In this document: piece by piece, positions 1 through 18,289 of the stretch
How positions within the stretch are numbered: the stretch's first letter is position 1
How the letters are laid out: each line of letters begins with the position of its first letter
Source of the DNA: Chrysomallon squamiferum
Lineage: Eukaryota > Animalia > Mollusca
Length of the DNA stretch: 64,000 nucleotides
Direction of reading: 5' to 3'
NCBI GenBank assembly: GCA_012295275.1
Contig: CM022674.1
Coordinates: forward strand, 16,864,001-16,928,000
Notes under the pieces: model-generated
What the model was told of the DNA's origin: nothing
Seen by the model: the letters and a program-made list of their open reading frames with translations, nothing else
The model's database searches: none
Made by a program: the position numbers and the translations under genes

Positions 1-871
1 ACCAGTGTGTTTGAGTCTGTGGATATGGGGTGGGTAGTTCGATGGACATATTCGTTCATAGATGTAAAGAGGGATTGCTGAAATCCTGCAAAGTAAAGAA
101 TTGTTTATTTTAAAATTTTATTTATATATCCCACACAGTATACACTTACAAATATATTAATAAAATAAAAGAACAGTAACGGCAACAAAAGCAACAAAAG
201 AACTGCAACAGAAATTAAAAACAAATAAACAAAACATCCACATAAACACCCCCTAGTAACAAAAACCAACAAAGATACAGCAACAAAAATACCAAAACAG
301 AACAAACGTTTCGCCCAAAACCAATATCTGAAGCAAGACAGAAAGAAACAAGAAATCAAGCAGAGGCAGAAGCAAAAGGAAGATATGAGAAATTCTGCTA
401 GTTCAGCAAGCGTAGATATTAAGTTTTTAAAGACGAACAAATCATAATTCAAATGATCATTTCCCTGATGACTATTAAACGAATAAACAATTCTGTTCGG
501 CTACTATTTCTTTCAGTTGAATTCAAAGAATCAATACGAATTACACAAAAACCCATAATCATTGCATTATTAATTACATTAACCATATTCACTGTACCAT
601 CAAAAACTAGTTTGCCAAATGTGATTACCATACTCTTTGTCTTCTATATGTTTCAGCTGAAGTGAGACATGCTGCAGGAGTTCTTAAAAAGGTTTTATGT
701 AACACAGGATGAACTATTTCTGTTCTGGACTGTCACACGGTTAATATATTCGATGTGTTGAGTTCATGCATTTATTTGTAAACTTTTACTTCTGAATTAT
801 GCATTTATAGTCTTTGTATGCGAATTTATTAATTGACATTGTCATCGCTGCTGTTGTTATTATTATAACAG

Positions 872-2680
<1,809 letters not shown>

Positions 2681-3011
2681 GACCGAAAATTTTGAACTAA
2701 AACTGTAATGAAAATTTTCCCACTTTCTGTTTTGAACTAAACATATAATGAAAATTTCAACATCTGTTTTCAAGTAAAACTGTAATGAAAATTCCTCCAT
2801 TTTCTGTTTCGAGAATTCCACACCTTTCTCTGTTGATATGAGACAACAGTAGTAGCTTAATCGATATGAATTATTACTTAGAGAAATAAAGGAAAAAAAA
2901 AAAAAGAAACAAAGTTACAGTTTGCAGGAATGTTGTGGTTTTTTTTGTCAAAATATTGATACTGATAAACAGAAAATTGTGCATTAAAAAAAGAAAAAAA
3001 AAAAAAAAAAA

Positions 3012-3048
<37 letters not shown>

Positions 3049-4279
3049 TAAATGTTTATTTAATTTTGCTAATGGATTTAAAAGTATTTGATTAATGTCG
3101 AGACTTTATTAGTGGGATCTTTGTACATTTATAATTTATAGTTGCTGAAGGTAAATTTATAGCAATCATCTTTTCAAACAGTTGCTAAATCTAATTAAAT
3201 AACTATTGTATTTGGAAAGAGTTGTTAAATTTAAATCGATGTAAACAAATGTTGCTGAATTATTTTATTTTAAAACCTGTTCCGTGTAAAGATACATTTA
3301 AAATAATATAAAAAAGATAACTATTACTGATACTTGAAACGTTCGTCTGATATCCGTAGATTATAATAATGCATTCCGCCTTAGGCGAGCTTCACTTTTT
3401 TCACATTCGTGATTGTTTGTGCTGATTTTATATAAGAACTATAGTTTGTTTTGTATACTGTGTAAAAGTGATTGTAAAAGATTCCTCACTGTTGATGCAA
3501 ATATGTATTTTGTGAAGGAGAAATGCTTGAAAGTTGAAATAGTGTTCATTCTAAGTTTAAAAATGTTTCGTATTCTCTCTGTAACAAAAGGACAATATTT
3601 TCAAGACTTAATTATTAGTATTATTATGATTAATTTGTTTTGTTGTTATTTGATTGTTTGTTTCTTTATTTCTTTGTTTATTTCTTTGTTTATTTCTTTG
3701 TTTATTTTTGTTTATTTTTGTTATTTATTTGTTGACGTGTTTCTTTAATTATTTGTCTCTTTTATTTATTTAATCGTTTATTTATTTCAGTAGTTCATAC
3801 ATGCATACATACATACGTAAACACACACACACAAACACACACACATATTTATCTATATATAAAAAACCCTCACTGTAAATACAATATGTGGTTTATGTAA
3901 AAACACATTAATATTTTAAATAACGTCATCTCTTCGAAGACAAAACAAAGCTGGGAAAGTGGGTTTGAACTGATCCCACGAGACTAGTTCTGTAGATGAC
4001 CGTGTACAGACTGATCAGTGTTTTGTAAAGGCAGTTTGAACAAATAACAAGTCAGGTGTAGAACGATAAATTATTTATTTGTATACACTTCGTTAAGTTC
4101 TGTTTCACTATTAGTGATATTGTATTGTTCACAATTTGTTTTTAATTTAATCCCTTGGGATCTTTCTAACACTGATTAAAAAGTATAAGTTTGAAATCAT
4201 GTACACATATTAAAACCTACTTCGTGTTTCGTGGGCAGCGACGGTTACTTTCGATTATTGAGATTAACTTGTTTTGAGT

Positions 4280-4440
4280 CTCGATGGCCGAACAGTAACG
4301 TCGTTCACATTCGGAGTGCTGGGGAATGGGTGTCACACGTTCGAGTCTCGTCAGCGGCATCTAACGGGTTTGTGAGGTTGTGATTTGACACTGTCCTCCT
4401 GCACCAGTGGTTTCTGAACATTGTCTATGTGCAGTGTGTA
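4280..4440 (+). mobile_element. Possible tRNA-derived SINE remnant
   Basis: A-box-like tggccgaacagtaa and B-box-like gttcgagtctc about 55 bp apart in a GC-richer island. Confidence 0.45.
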
Positions 4441-5149
4441 ATAAAATGTACATAAGACAGAGAATATTCAAATCCTAATAATTTGTAATCTCTTACATTT
4501 TACACTTGAACTGTCTGAAGAAAAAATAATAATATTTAGCTGTTATGTAATATGTTATTATAATATTACTTTAATTTGCACATTCCTAATACATTAGTAT
4601 AATATATTAATTTGCATATTCATAGTGTATTATTGTTGTAATTGGTTTACATTAGCACATTTATGATACATTATTATACTAACATTCGTACTTACGCTTA
4701 TTCATAATATTTCACGTTTGCATATTTATAAAAGTTAATCAGACAATAGTTTACATTCGCATATTAATAATATTATATTATAATGTTTGTCACATATGGA
4801 TGATATGTTTGTCCTTTGAATAACTGAGATCAATACAGTCACTGAATAGGAAATAACTGAACTGTGCTAAAATTAGATGAAATACAGGCCTTGTGTAGGA
4901 TCAATAGTTTCAGGTTAGCCCTAAAATCCTGAATGATTTATCAGTTATTGTAAGTGTTCAGCTTATTCCTAATTTGTTATTATAATTATTATTTTACATA
5001 TTATGATGTAACAGATATTCCATATTTTAAATTGAATGTAAATTATTATTATAGTTAGTATTTCACATTTCCTTATTGATAAAAATTATGTTTAATGATT
5101 ATTCATTTTCATTTAAATGTTTGTAGTTAATTATCAGTGAAATTAACTT

Positions 5150-5840
5150 CTAAATTTACTGGAACATTGCGTCCAGTACAGGCATGATTTAACATTGAGA
5201 ATGAAATATCATTACAAACTCTTACTCATTAACTTTTTAATCATATGCAAACAATCTTTGATTTGTTTTTGAATACTTTTTTAAAAAGTCTGTTTTAAAT
5301 CACTCAATAATAATGATTTTTGTGAATAAGAAATATTTTTAACTTTTGCATCAAGTGTTGCGTTTGTTTAATATTTTCTAATGGAGAGAAGCTAAAGCCA
5401 GATCAATATATAATGTTCTAACATTTTTGGTTGGAAGCTTTAATAGAAGATGTTCTAATTTAAATTTGTCTTTAAATATTCTATTGTTAATTCCTTTAGA
5501 TGACTCACCTTTATATCTATTCTATTTTTATGAGAACTGATGAGATATAATTCTTACTGCATGTTTCTACCACAAATCATTCACTTTGACACATGATTAT
5601 ATATAACATAAACACATTCATCTAGTATACTTTTTCACAGAAGATAATTAAGACTTGATACAACATTTACATTACAGTTGTACGATGACATGTAGAGTAC
5701 ACCAAGAAATGTGTACGGTGTATTTAATGTAATTATTGTTATTGTAACACATACAGACAACTGATATCTTTCTAATTCTCCATAAACCACAAAGCGTGGT
5801 GTTGATTTGTAAATGCTTAATATATATTTATACACAAATT
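5150..5840 (-). mobile_element. LINE RT 3' remnant; duplicated at about 50105-50685
   Basis: KYILSIYKSTPRFVVYGELERYQL parallels KYLLNVNKCTLGFMIYGELGRCHL in the 37 kb element; 5208-5785 recurs nearly identically at 50107-50685. Confidence 0.65.
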
Positions 5841-6499
5841 ATTAAAATATAAGAATAGTAAAAACAAAAACAACAATAAAAGAAATATAATACAAATACA
5901 CACACTCACACACACACACAAAAAATAATAATAATAATAATAAAATAAAATAAAATAAATAATAAAAATATAAAATAAAAAGAACAACCAAATAAACGCT
6001 ACACAGAAGATATACCGAACAATCGACAAAAATGCAAAAGCAAGACTAAGTAAAAACAAAAGAATCATTTTGGTCCAAACCAGTTACTGAAGTAAAACAT
6101 AAAAACATGAAAATTCTGCTAGTTTAGCAAGCGTAAACACAAAAGTTCAAAGATGAACAAACCATATTACAAATGATCAACTGAACTGATAGAATCAATA
6201 GAAATTATAAAGAGAGCATATCTACCATTACTGTATTATTAAGTTAACCAACCAAGTGAGATGTGGTTTTGCATAATACAGTATGAAATATTTCTATTCT
6301 GGACTGAAAACAGAAACTTGCGTCAAATGCTTAATATATTTGAAGAGTTCAGTTTGGTAGTGTCAGTGTCTTGGAAACATTAGTAGAAGAAATTAATAGT
6401 TTATTTGGCTCTCTGAAACAACCATTAAAATATCTTTATATAAGTAGATTAATTGAGTTCTGAATAGCGATATCTGAATTTCAACATATTGTTTATAAA

Positions 6500-7264
6500 A
6501 TGAAGATAATGAAAACGATCCACGAGATAATATTCTGTGTTTTAGCATTTCTGATAATCGTTGTTTCTTTCTGCAATTTCGAGATTAGCACTCGTAAGAC
6601 TTTTCGAAAGTTACCACAATACCAAGATAAGAAACTTGAAGAAGATCCTTCAAAAGAATATACCGTGTCCAGTAAATTGCACTGTATGACAGAATATGTC
6701 AGCAACGTAGGCTGTAAACTTGGGCTTATTATTTCTATCATTTCAAGACTGGTGAACAAAACAGAGCTACCAAAAAAGGTTTTTAATGATCGTCCAAGAC
6801 ATGGGAGACCCCGTAAGACAACAACAAGAAAGGAGAGAGCACTGTTGACACTTATTAGATGCCGTTCATGGGCTCAACCCCATCTTTAAAACACCAGTGA
6901 TTAGCAGTGAGAACCATTTCCTATACGACAGTCAGGAATCGGCTAAAAGCAGGAGGAAAAACCATCAAGCATGTAAAACTATTTCCAGCTCAGAAAGCAG
7001 CACCACGACTTGTCGCGTGTAATCAAAGTGTTAGAAGGAACATTTCAAAACTGCTGAGAATTCATTTTGCGATTAGACTCATTTCTTACTGTGTAGGTGG
7101 ATGGTCGTATACGTGTTTTGAGCCAAAGGATCACAGCCATGGTTATATCCAAAGTGACTGGTGGATATGTGTGTGTGTGCCTGCGTGTGTGTGTGTGTGT
7201 GTGTGTGTCTGTATACACATACCCAAACACACATCCACACACATACCCATAAATATTAAGATAC

Positions 7265-7310
<46 letters not shown>

Positions 7311-7700
7311 TATATACATATATATATAATATATATATATTTGTAGACGGTCTCTGGCATTAGGGTAAGTGTCTAAAAATTTCACAGACATGTTCGCCAT
7401 TCTAACTGTAATATATACATATAGTTAGCAGAACATTTAAAAATGTCGATAAAATAAGAGATGTATAACGGCTACGTGACTGGAAAGATCAAACATTAAA
7501 CTAGATCAAAAGTTACGTTTAATGAAGAGTGTCATCACTGTAGTTGTAGTCGTTGATCCTACTGTTTTGTGTTGGAAAACTGACTGACACGAATGTGATT
7601 CTAATAATTATAGAATGTTTACTTCTAGGTGATGCCTTGATAAACACTAAAACGGATGTTATGGATTATAAGGGAGGCTGTGATACAATCAGTGTCAGTG
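6500..7700 (+). pseudogene. PAN-FReD paralog B (partial exon 1 fused to Tc1 remnant; exon 5 relic at about 7630-7700)
   Basis: MKIMKTIHEIIFCVLAFLIIVVSF...SSKLHCMTEYVSNVGCK matches exon 1 up to about 6718, then Tc1 sequence. A deleted exon 5 relic follows (ctag|gtgatgccttgataaacac...aagggaggctg). Confidence 0.8.
6720..7140 (+). mobile_element. Tc1 transposase remnant (co-duplicated)
   Basis: DRPRHGRPRKTTTRKERALLTLIR...RTISYTTVRNRLKAG. Confidence 0.75.
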
Positions 7701-8037
7701 TGAATAGAAACTGAAATGAAAATTCGATTATGTTCTGGTTTGAAATAAAACTGTAATGAAAATTGGACCATCTTCTGTGTTCAACTAAAATGTAATGAAA
7801 ATTCCACTATCTTCAGGTTTGAACAAAAACTTATTTTTTTCACATTCGTGATTGATTTTGCTGACTTTAGGTAAAAACTATAGTAGGTGCTGTACTGTAT
7901 AAAATAGTTCGTAAATGATTCGTCGCTGCTGATATAAAAATACATTTTGTGAAGGAAACAAATATTTGAAAGTTCTACCATTGATGATTCCAGATTCGAA
8001 AATATGTCGTATTATCTCTTTAATAGAAACAAGATAT

Positions 8038-8076
<39 letters not shown>

Positions 8077-8984
8077 TTTTATTGTCTGTTTGATTGTTTA
8101 TTTATTTGTATATTATTTAACTCTCTTTATTGTTTATTCGTTGATATGTTTATTTATTTATCTATTTATTTATTTATCTATTTTTATTAACATTTGACCA
8201 TTCATAATTTATTATATTTTACATTTGAATATTCAGGAAAAAAAATAATATAATATATATTCTACATAATATATTTTTATAATAATTATAGCATTTGATC
8301 ATTTGAAAATGCAGATAAAAATATGATATAACAAATATTTTCCATTTATCCATACGTAATACATTATCATAATAATTACTTTAATTTGCATATTTATAAT
8401 ACGTAAATCTTTTATTCTTGCATTAGAATTTATGATATATTATTATACTAATAATAATACATATGCTAGTTCGTATTATTTAACATTTGCAAAAACTGTA
8501 TTTGCATACCAATTATAATTGTTGCATATGGATGACATGCTTGTCGCTTTTATTATTGTGGTAAATATTGTCATTGAATGGGAAATAACTGAAATGTGAT
8601 AAAACTAGATGGATTCCAGACATTGTGTCAAATCAAAAGTAACAATAGTTTCAAGTTAGCCTTAAAATCCTGAATGACTTATCAGTTATTGAAAGTGTTC
8701 AACTTATTCCTAATTTGTTATTATAATTACATTTTCTAATTGATAATAATTACAAATTAAAAATTATTCTCTATATGTGCATTTTAAATTAAATGTAAAT
8801 TGTTACTACAATTATTATTTCAAATGTTGTTATTAATAATAATTATGTTTAATGATTATTAATTTTAAGTTGAATGTTTGTAATTATTTAACGGTGAAAT
8901 TAACTTCTAAATTTGCTGTGATAGTGTACCTAGTACATGTATGATTGAAAATTGAGAATAAAATCATTACAAACTATTAACTCA

Positions 8985-10868
8985 TTATGAATGGAGGTAA
9001 AACAAGCGGAGTTTTTACAATTGTACCACATGACAACGGCAGCCCCATCAAGGCGTACTGCGAAATATCTGACAATGATAGCGGTTGGCTTCTAAATTTT
9101 AGCAATGCTTTTATTAATTTTTAATTTTTTTAATTTATTTATTTTTTTTGTCGTTTTCATTTGATATCTTATTACCTTTTTCTGTGCGTTTCATCTATTT
9201 CTTTTCCTTTCCGTTTTGTTTTATTCATGAATGTTTTAAGCAGATAAGGGACCTATTGTTTCAGGTATTTCAGAGACGGACAGACAGATCAGAAAACTTC
9301 TACAGAGCCTGGCAAGAATACAGAGACGTATTTGGTTCATTAACTAAAGAATTCTGGTTAGGTAGGTAATTAGTAATAAATAATTAAAATATGTATATTA
9401 AAAAGTTAGTGAATTAAGTGAGTAAGTTCACAAATATAATGTTCATTCACTGGACAGTGGATTTATCGATTATCGATTTGATTTATTTTGCTAGGCAATG
9501 AGAACATAGATCTGTTGTCCAGTCAAGGTTACTACGATCTGAAACTTGACTTGGAAAATTTCGAAGGAAACACGACTTTTGCTGTCTACAAAACTTTCTC
9601 GATAACTGGAGAAGATGATTTTTATCGCTTATCAGTTGAAAAATAGAGCGGAAATGCAGGTAATTTGAAATAAATAAATACAACAACAACAACAGAAATC
9701 ATGCTAATAATAATAAGAATCTTCTAAAAAAAAAAAAAAAACAACAACAACAAATTAAATAAATGAATGAATGAATGAATAAACAAATAATCAAATACAT
9801 TCAATTATAATACATTTCTAAAACAACCCGAACAATCACAATGACAATAAAAATAATCGACTAATTATTAAATTTATATTAAATTTATCTGTAAACAGTT
9901 CATATCTGAATTTAGAAAAAACAATGTATTTTTTTGTTCTTGTAAAACAGTCCTCGCGATATGTCATACTTGCTGAAATCAAGTTTATGCCATGTGCTGT
10001 CAGTTTGTATTGAATATTGAGAACCCTGACTGGTAAATTGGCACGTTGTAAATTGTCAGAGGCTAAAAGGTGGCAAATTATTGGCATGAGAGATCCAGGA
10101 ACTCTCCTCAAACTATTTGGATGTCAACTTTGGCGCAGTATATCCATCATTTCATGACAAAGACAGAGCTGTAAAAACAGGATTTAAACATTGTCCAACA
10201 CATGGGAATCCCTGTAAGACAACAACAAGAGAGGAGAGAGAATTGTTGAGACTTGTTAGACGTCGATCATGGGTCTCAACCACATTTTTAAAACAACAGT
10301 GGTTACCATTGAGAGCCATTTCCAACACGACCTTCAGGAATCGGCTAAAAGCAGGACAGAAAACATAAAGCGTATAAAACTATCTCAAGCTCACAAACAA
10401 GTACCACATTTAAACATGTAGATAAAACGAAATATTTGTACCGGTTACCTCACTGAAAAGAACAAACATTAAGCTAGTTTTAAACCTTACGTTTAAAGAA
10501 TAGGGTCATCATAGTGGTCGTAGTTTTTCATCCTGCTGTTTTATTTTGGAAAACTGATTGACACGAATGTGATTCTGATAATTATAGAATGTTTACTTGT
10601 AGGTGATGCCCTGATAAACGCTGTAACAGATAACGTTCGTCACAATGGTATGAAATTCTCTACAGAGGACAATGGAAACGCATGTGCTAGGGGTTATAAG
10701 GGAGGCTGGTGGTACAACGACTTTCACTCTGCCAATCTGAACCGTCCGTACCTCAACGGAACCAATAACCTCTTTGATGTAGGCATCAACTGGTCGCCAA
10801 GGAGAGGCTATTATTATTCATTGAAGAAAACTGTAATGAAAATTCGACCATCTTCTGTTTTGAACTAA
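8985..10868 (+). pseudogene. PAN-FReD paralog C (pseudogene, exons 2 partial to 5)
   Basis: Exon 2 remnant about 8985-9091 has its donor changed GT>CT. Exon 3 9265-9361. Exon 4 9495-9659 has an in-frame TAG at 9644-9646. Exon 5 10603-10868 is open but a conserved Cys is replaced by Phe (WWYNDFHS). Confidence 0.85.
10048..10410 (+). mobile_element. Tc1/mariner-type transposase N-terminal remnant in FReD intron 4
   Basis: Translates ARCKLSEAKRWQIIGMRD... then CPTHGNPCKTTTREERELLRLVRRRSWVSTTFLKQQWLPLRAISNTTFRNRLKAG, matching the Tc1/Tc3 GRPRKTT..RTVRNRL HTH region. Confidence 0.75.
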
Positions 10869-11195
10869 AACTCTAATGAAATTTCGATCAATTTCAGTTT
10901 TGAATTAATAGTGTGATACAAAGTTGGCCATCTTAAGTTTTCAAAGAAACGTGTGATGAAATTAGATCATGTTCTCTTTTTATCTGAAACTGTAACGAGA
11001 ATTTGACTATCTTCTGTTTTGAATTATAAATGTAATGAAAGTCCGACTATCTTCTGTTTTCAATTACAACTGTAATGAAACTTTACTATCTTCTGTTTTC
11101 AATTATAACTAGAATGAAAATTCGGCCATATTATGTTTTGCATTAAAACTGTGATGAAAATTCCACCGTATTCGGGTTTGAAGTAACACTGTGTT
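10826..11195 (+). repeat. Same 40 bp FReD 3'-end minisatellite (about 9 units); shorter arrays at 2690-2830 and 7705-7830
   Basis: Repeated aactgtaatgaaa..gaccatcttctgttttgaa units. Confidence 0.85.
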
Positions 11196-11743
11196 CTTAG
11201 TTCAAAAAAACGAAGCAATAGTATTAGCCTAATGAAAACTGAATTATTAACTGGAGAAATAAAATAAAATAAAAAAACGAAAAAACATTCCAACTGACAG
11301 GACTGTTTCCTTACTCAAAATATTGAAGACAAAAAAAATGATTGGGAAAAAAATATGAAACAAAATGTTTGAAATGTTTATTTCTTTTCGGATTTATTTT
11401 ATATAAATCTGCAAACTACTAATTTGAAACAATTGCTGAATGTAAATTTTTAACACTTGATAAATTTAATTTTATAATTGATTTGTTTGGAAAGAGTTGT
11501 TAAATGTAATTGAATGTAAGCAAATGTTGCTGATTGTTTTTTTTTATTCGTGTTCTGGATAAAGATAAATGTACACACACACTCTCACACACACACACAC
11601 ATATATTATGTTCGAAAAAATATGTGTATGAGCAGGATTTTTAAAAAACAAGAAGATATCATTAAAGCAAGAGAAAACACAAAATTAAATAATAATAATA
11701 TTAATATTACAAATGCCTCTACTAATACTGCAACTACAACTAT

Positions 11744-11817
<74 letters not shown>

Positions 11818-12673
11818 TGCACACATACCCAAACACACAGCCACACACACACAGACACAGACTGTAAACACAATAACTACTTGATGTAAAAACACATGAA
11901 TATTTAAAATAACGAGATCTCTTTGAAGACTGAACAAAGCTGGGAAAGTCGCTTCATTTGATCTCACTTGATTCTGTTCTGTAGATGAACATACATTGAT
12001 CGATCAGTTTAATGCTAGTATAATTGGAAAAATAATAAAACAGGTGACGAAATGTAAATTATTTATTTGTATACAGTTCGGTAAGTTCTATTTGATTGTT
12101 TGCATTAATTTATTCTTAACAATTTGTTTTTGACTTAATCCCTTAGGATGTTTGTAACGGTGATTAAAAACAATAAGTTTGTAAGTATGGACGTGCATAT
12201 TAATAACTACAAAAAATAAAAAGACAAAGGATACCAATAAAACAAAAGGAACAATAAAGAGAAAGTATCAAATATTCCACTAGTTCAGCAAGAGTAAATA
12301 TAAATATTTTATGGATGACTAAAACATATTTCAAATGATCATTTCCCTGATGACTATTACATGAATAAGTATAAATGTGATTTCCATTCTGATTCACTTC
12401 TAAATGATTCAGCTGAATTGACAGAATCAATAGAATTTAAAAAAAAGATATATCCACCGTTACTGTATTATTAAGTTAATCAATCAAGTACGACATTGTT
12501 TTATTTAATACAGGATGAAATATTTCTGTTTTGAACAGAAAGCAGTAGCTTGTGCCGAACGGGCAATACAATGGAAAAGTTCAGTTTAAATAACATTTAG
12601 AATTTCTTTCTATAATTATATTAATTTAGTTCTGAACAGAAATACCTGAATTTCAGCACTGATATCGTTTATG

Positions 12674-12752
<79 letters not shown>

Positions 12753-13241
12753 AAAAATGGAAGATATTCTGCTTGTTCAGCAGCAAGCGTAAATATTAAT
12801 TTCTCAAAGATGAATGAAACATATTTCATGTGATCATTTCCCTAATGACTATTATATGAATAAGTATTTACCTTTATCTTTGGCTTCTATATGTTTCTGC
12901 TAAAGTTAGAGAATCGATAGTAATTATTAAAAAAAAACTATCTACCATTAGTATCTTATTAATTTAACCATCCAAGTGAGACGTGGTTTTCATTAATAAA
13001 GGATGAAATATTTCTGCTCCGGACTGAAAACAGAAGCTTGTTTCAAACGTTCAGTATAATTTGAAGAGATCAGTTTGGTAGACTACTAGTTACAGTGTCT
13101 TCGAAACATTAATAGAAGTAATTAATAGTTTATTTCGCGCTATCAAATAACGATTAAAAGTTCTTTATCTAACTGGATTAATTTAGTTCTGAACTGAGAT
13201 ACCTAAATTTCATCACTGATATCGTTTGTAAAATAAAGATA

Positions 13242-15781
<2,540 letters not shown>

Positions 15782-16518
15782 AACAGGATTGAGAATTTGA
15801 ACATCTTCTGTTACAAATTGAAACTGTAATGACAATTCGACCATCATCGGTTTTGAACTAAAACAGGATTGAGAATTTGAACATCTTCTGTTATAAATTG
15901 AAACGGTAATACAAATTCCACCATCTTCTGTTTTGAACAAATAGTTTTAGGAACATTTGTCTGTCTTCTGACTAAAGTTATATCTGTAATTACAAAAATG
16001 ACCGTCTTCTGTTTTGAACTAAAAATGTAAAGAAAATTTCACAATCTCCTGTTTTGGACTAAATCTCTAATGAAAATTCGACCACCTTCAATTTTGAACG
16101 AAAACTATTATGACAATTCGACCTATTTCTGTTTTGAATTCAAACTGTACTAAAAATTCCACCATATGCTTTTCTGAACTAAAATTATAATGGAAATTCA
16201 TTCATCTTCACCTTCTAACTAAAACTGTGACGAAAATTCAAGTATCTTCTGTTTTGAAGTAAAACTGTAAAGAAAATTCGAGTATCTTCGGATTTGAATT
16301 AAAACTGTGATGAAAATTCCAACAACTTCTGTTTTGAACTAAAACTGTAATGAAAACTCTACAGTCGTCTTTTTTTAATTAAAACAGTTTTATTAGTTGA
16401 AACGAGACAATAGTGCTAGCCTAAATTATTAACTTGAGAAATGAAATAAAAATAAAAACGAAACACTATTCCAATTTACAGGAATGTTTTGTTTAATCAA
16501 AATACTGAAAACAATGCC

Positions 16519-16553
<35 letters not shown>

Positions 16554-17287
16554 AAGAAAATATCTGAATTGTTTTTTTCTTTTAGCATTTATTTCATATA
16601 AATTTATAAACTACTAATTTTGAAACAATTGCTAAATGTAAATTTATAACTCTTGTTAAATTTAGTTTTATAATTGTTTTCTTTGGAAAGAGTTGTTAAA
16701 TTTAAATTTATGTAAGCAAATGTTGCTGAATTATTTTATTTTAATTCGTGTTCTGGATAAAGATAAATTTATGATAATATAAAAACGAGAACTATTACTG
16801 GTATTTGAAACGTTCTCCTGATACCGGTAGATTATAAGGATCGATCCCAGCTTTATCGAGTTTGTCTTTATCACATTCGTGTTTGTTAGTGCTGACTTTA
16901 TATAAAAATTATAGTATGTGTTGTACTGTATAAAATAGTTTGTAAAATGATCCTCACTGCTGATATAAAAATGTATTTTCTGGAGGAAAAAATCCTGAAA
17001 CTTCTACCAGTGTTGTCTGTAGATTTGAAAAGAATTCGTGTTATCTCTGTAATAAAAAAGAAAACATTTTCATTCTTTATTTCAGTTTGTTTGTTTGTGT
17101 GGTCATTTGATTATTTGTTGAATTATTTATTTAAATTTGTGCCTGTTTTATTTATTTATTAATTAATTTATTTCAATATATATATATATATATATATATA
17201 TGTCAACATGATTATAAATAAATAAAAAATAAACAAACAATCAAATAATAATAAAATTAAACTACTACTACTAATACTACTACTACG

Positions 17288-17336
<49 letters not shown>

Positions 17337-18103
17337 ATAATAATAATAATCATAAATACAAACACACACACACATATAAAAAAGGTTGATTATAAACACA
17401 AAATTTAGTTTATGCAAAAACACATGAATATTATAACCGTGTTTATTTTTGTCTTTGGTGATTTTAACCGTGGGTATTTTGCTATATAAATACTTTGGGG
17501 AATGCAGTCTGGGAGCAATGGGGTCCAGTCTAAATATAAAAATGAAAGTGAGATGAGCCGAGTTCCGAAGTGTTTAGTGCTGGACAGCCAAGTGCGTTGT
17601 AACTGGACACTGGTCTGTGCGTTATTTTATAGCACTCGGCTCATATCGTTACGTATTAATGTATTTAGGTATTTTAGTTGTTGTCAAGATTATTGCCGTA
17701 ATCAATTTACTCGGGATAAGACATATTTTGTCTACAGCGGTCCTTAATCGGCGCATACCCATTAATTGGAGGCGGCTCATATCATTATGTATTAATGTAT
17801 TTAGGTATTTTAATTAATCATATGTCTGTTGTTAGATTGGATGGATTGTAACTTGACGACTTTGGCTTTATAACTTTGGTTGCTATAGTTAAATATATTT
17901 TATTTTAATTTGCTTATGGCATGTCCAAGCGAGGCGTTTTTCCCCACTATGATAATATTTTAAATAACGTTTTATCTTTGAAAACAAAACAAAGATGTTT
18001 TTCTTAATCCCTTAGGATGTTTGTAACGGTGATTAAAAATAATACATATAACTATGTGAGTATGTATTGTAAATATGTATGAATGCATATGCATGCGTGT
18101 GTT

Positions 18104-18255
<152 letters not shown>

Positions 18256-18289
18256 GTGTTAATAGGTGCTATAAAATGCAGTAGTTCCT

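Noticed and set aside
453-665. 70-aa hydrophobic ORF repeated at 49616-49828
   Set aside because: Explained by recent duplication of FReD upstream DNA; related copies at about 6170, 12330 and 12830 do not keep the frame.
17430-17950. Distinct-composition insert with a short internal duplication
   Set aside because: Probably a repeat fragment, but no terminal repeats or protein motif could be identified.
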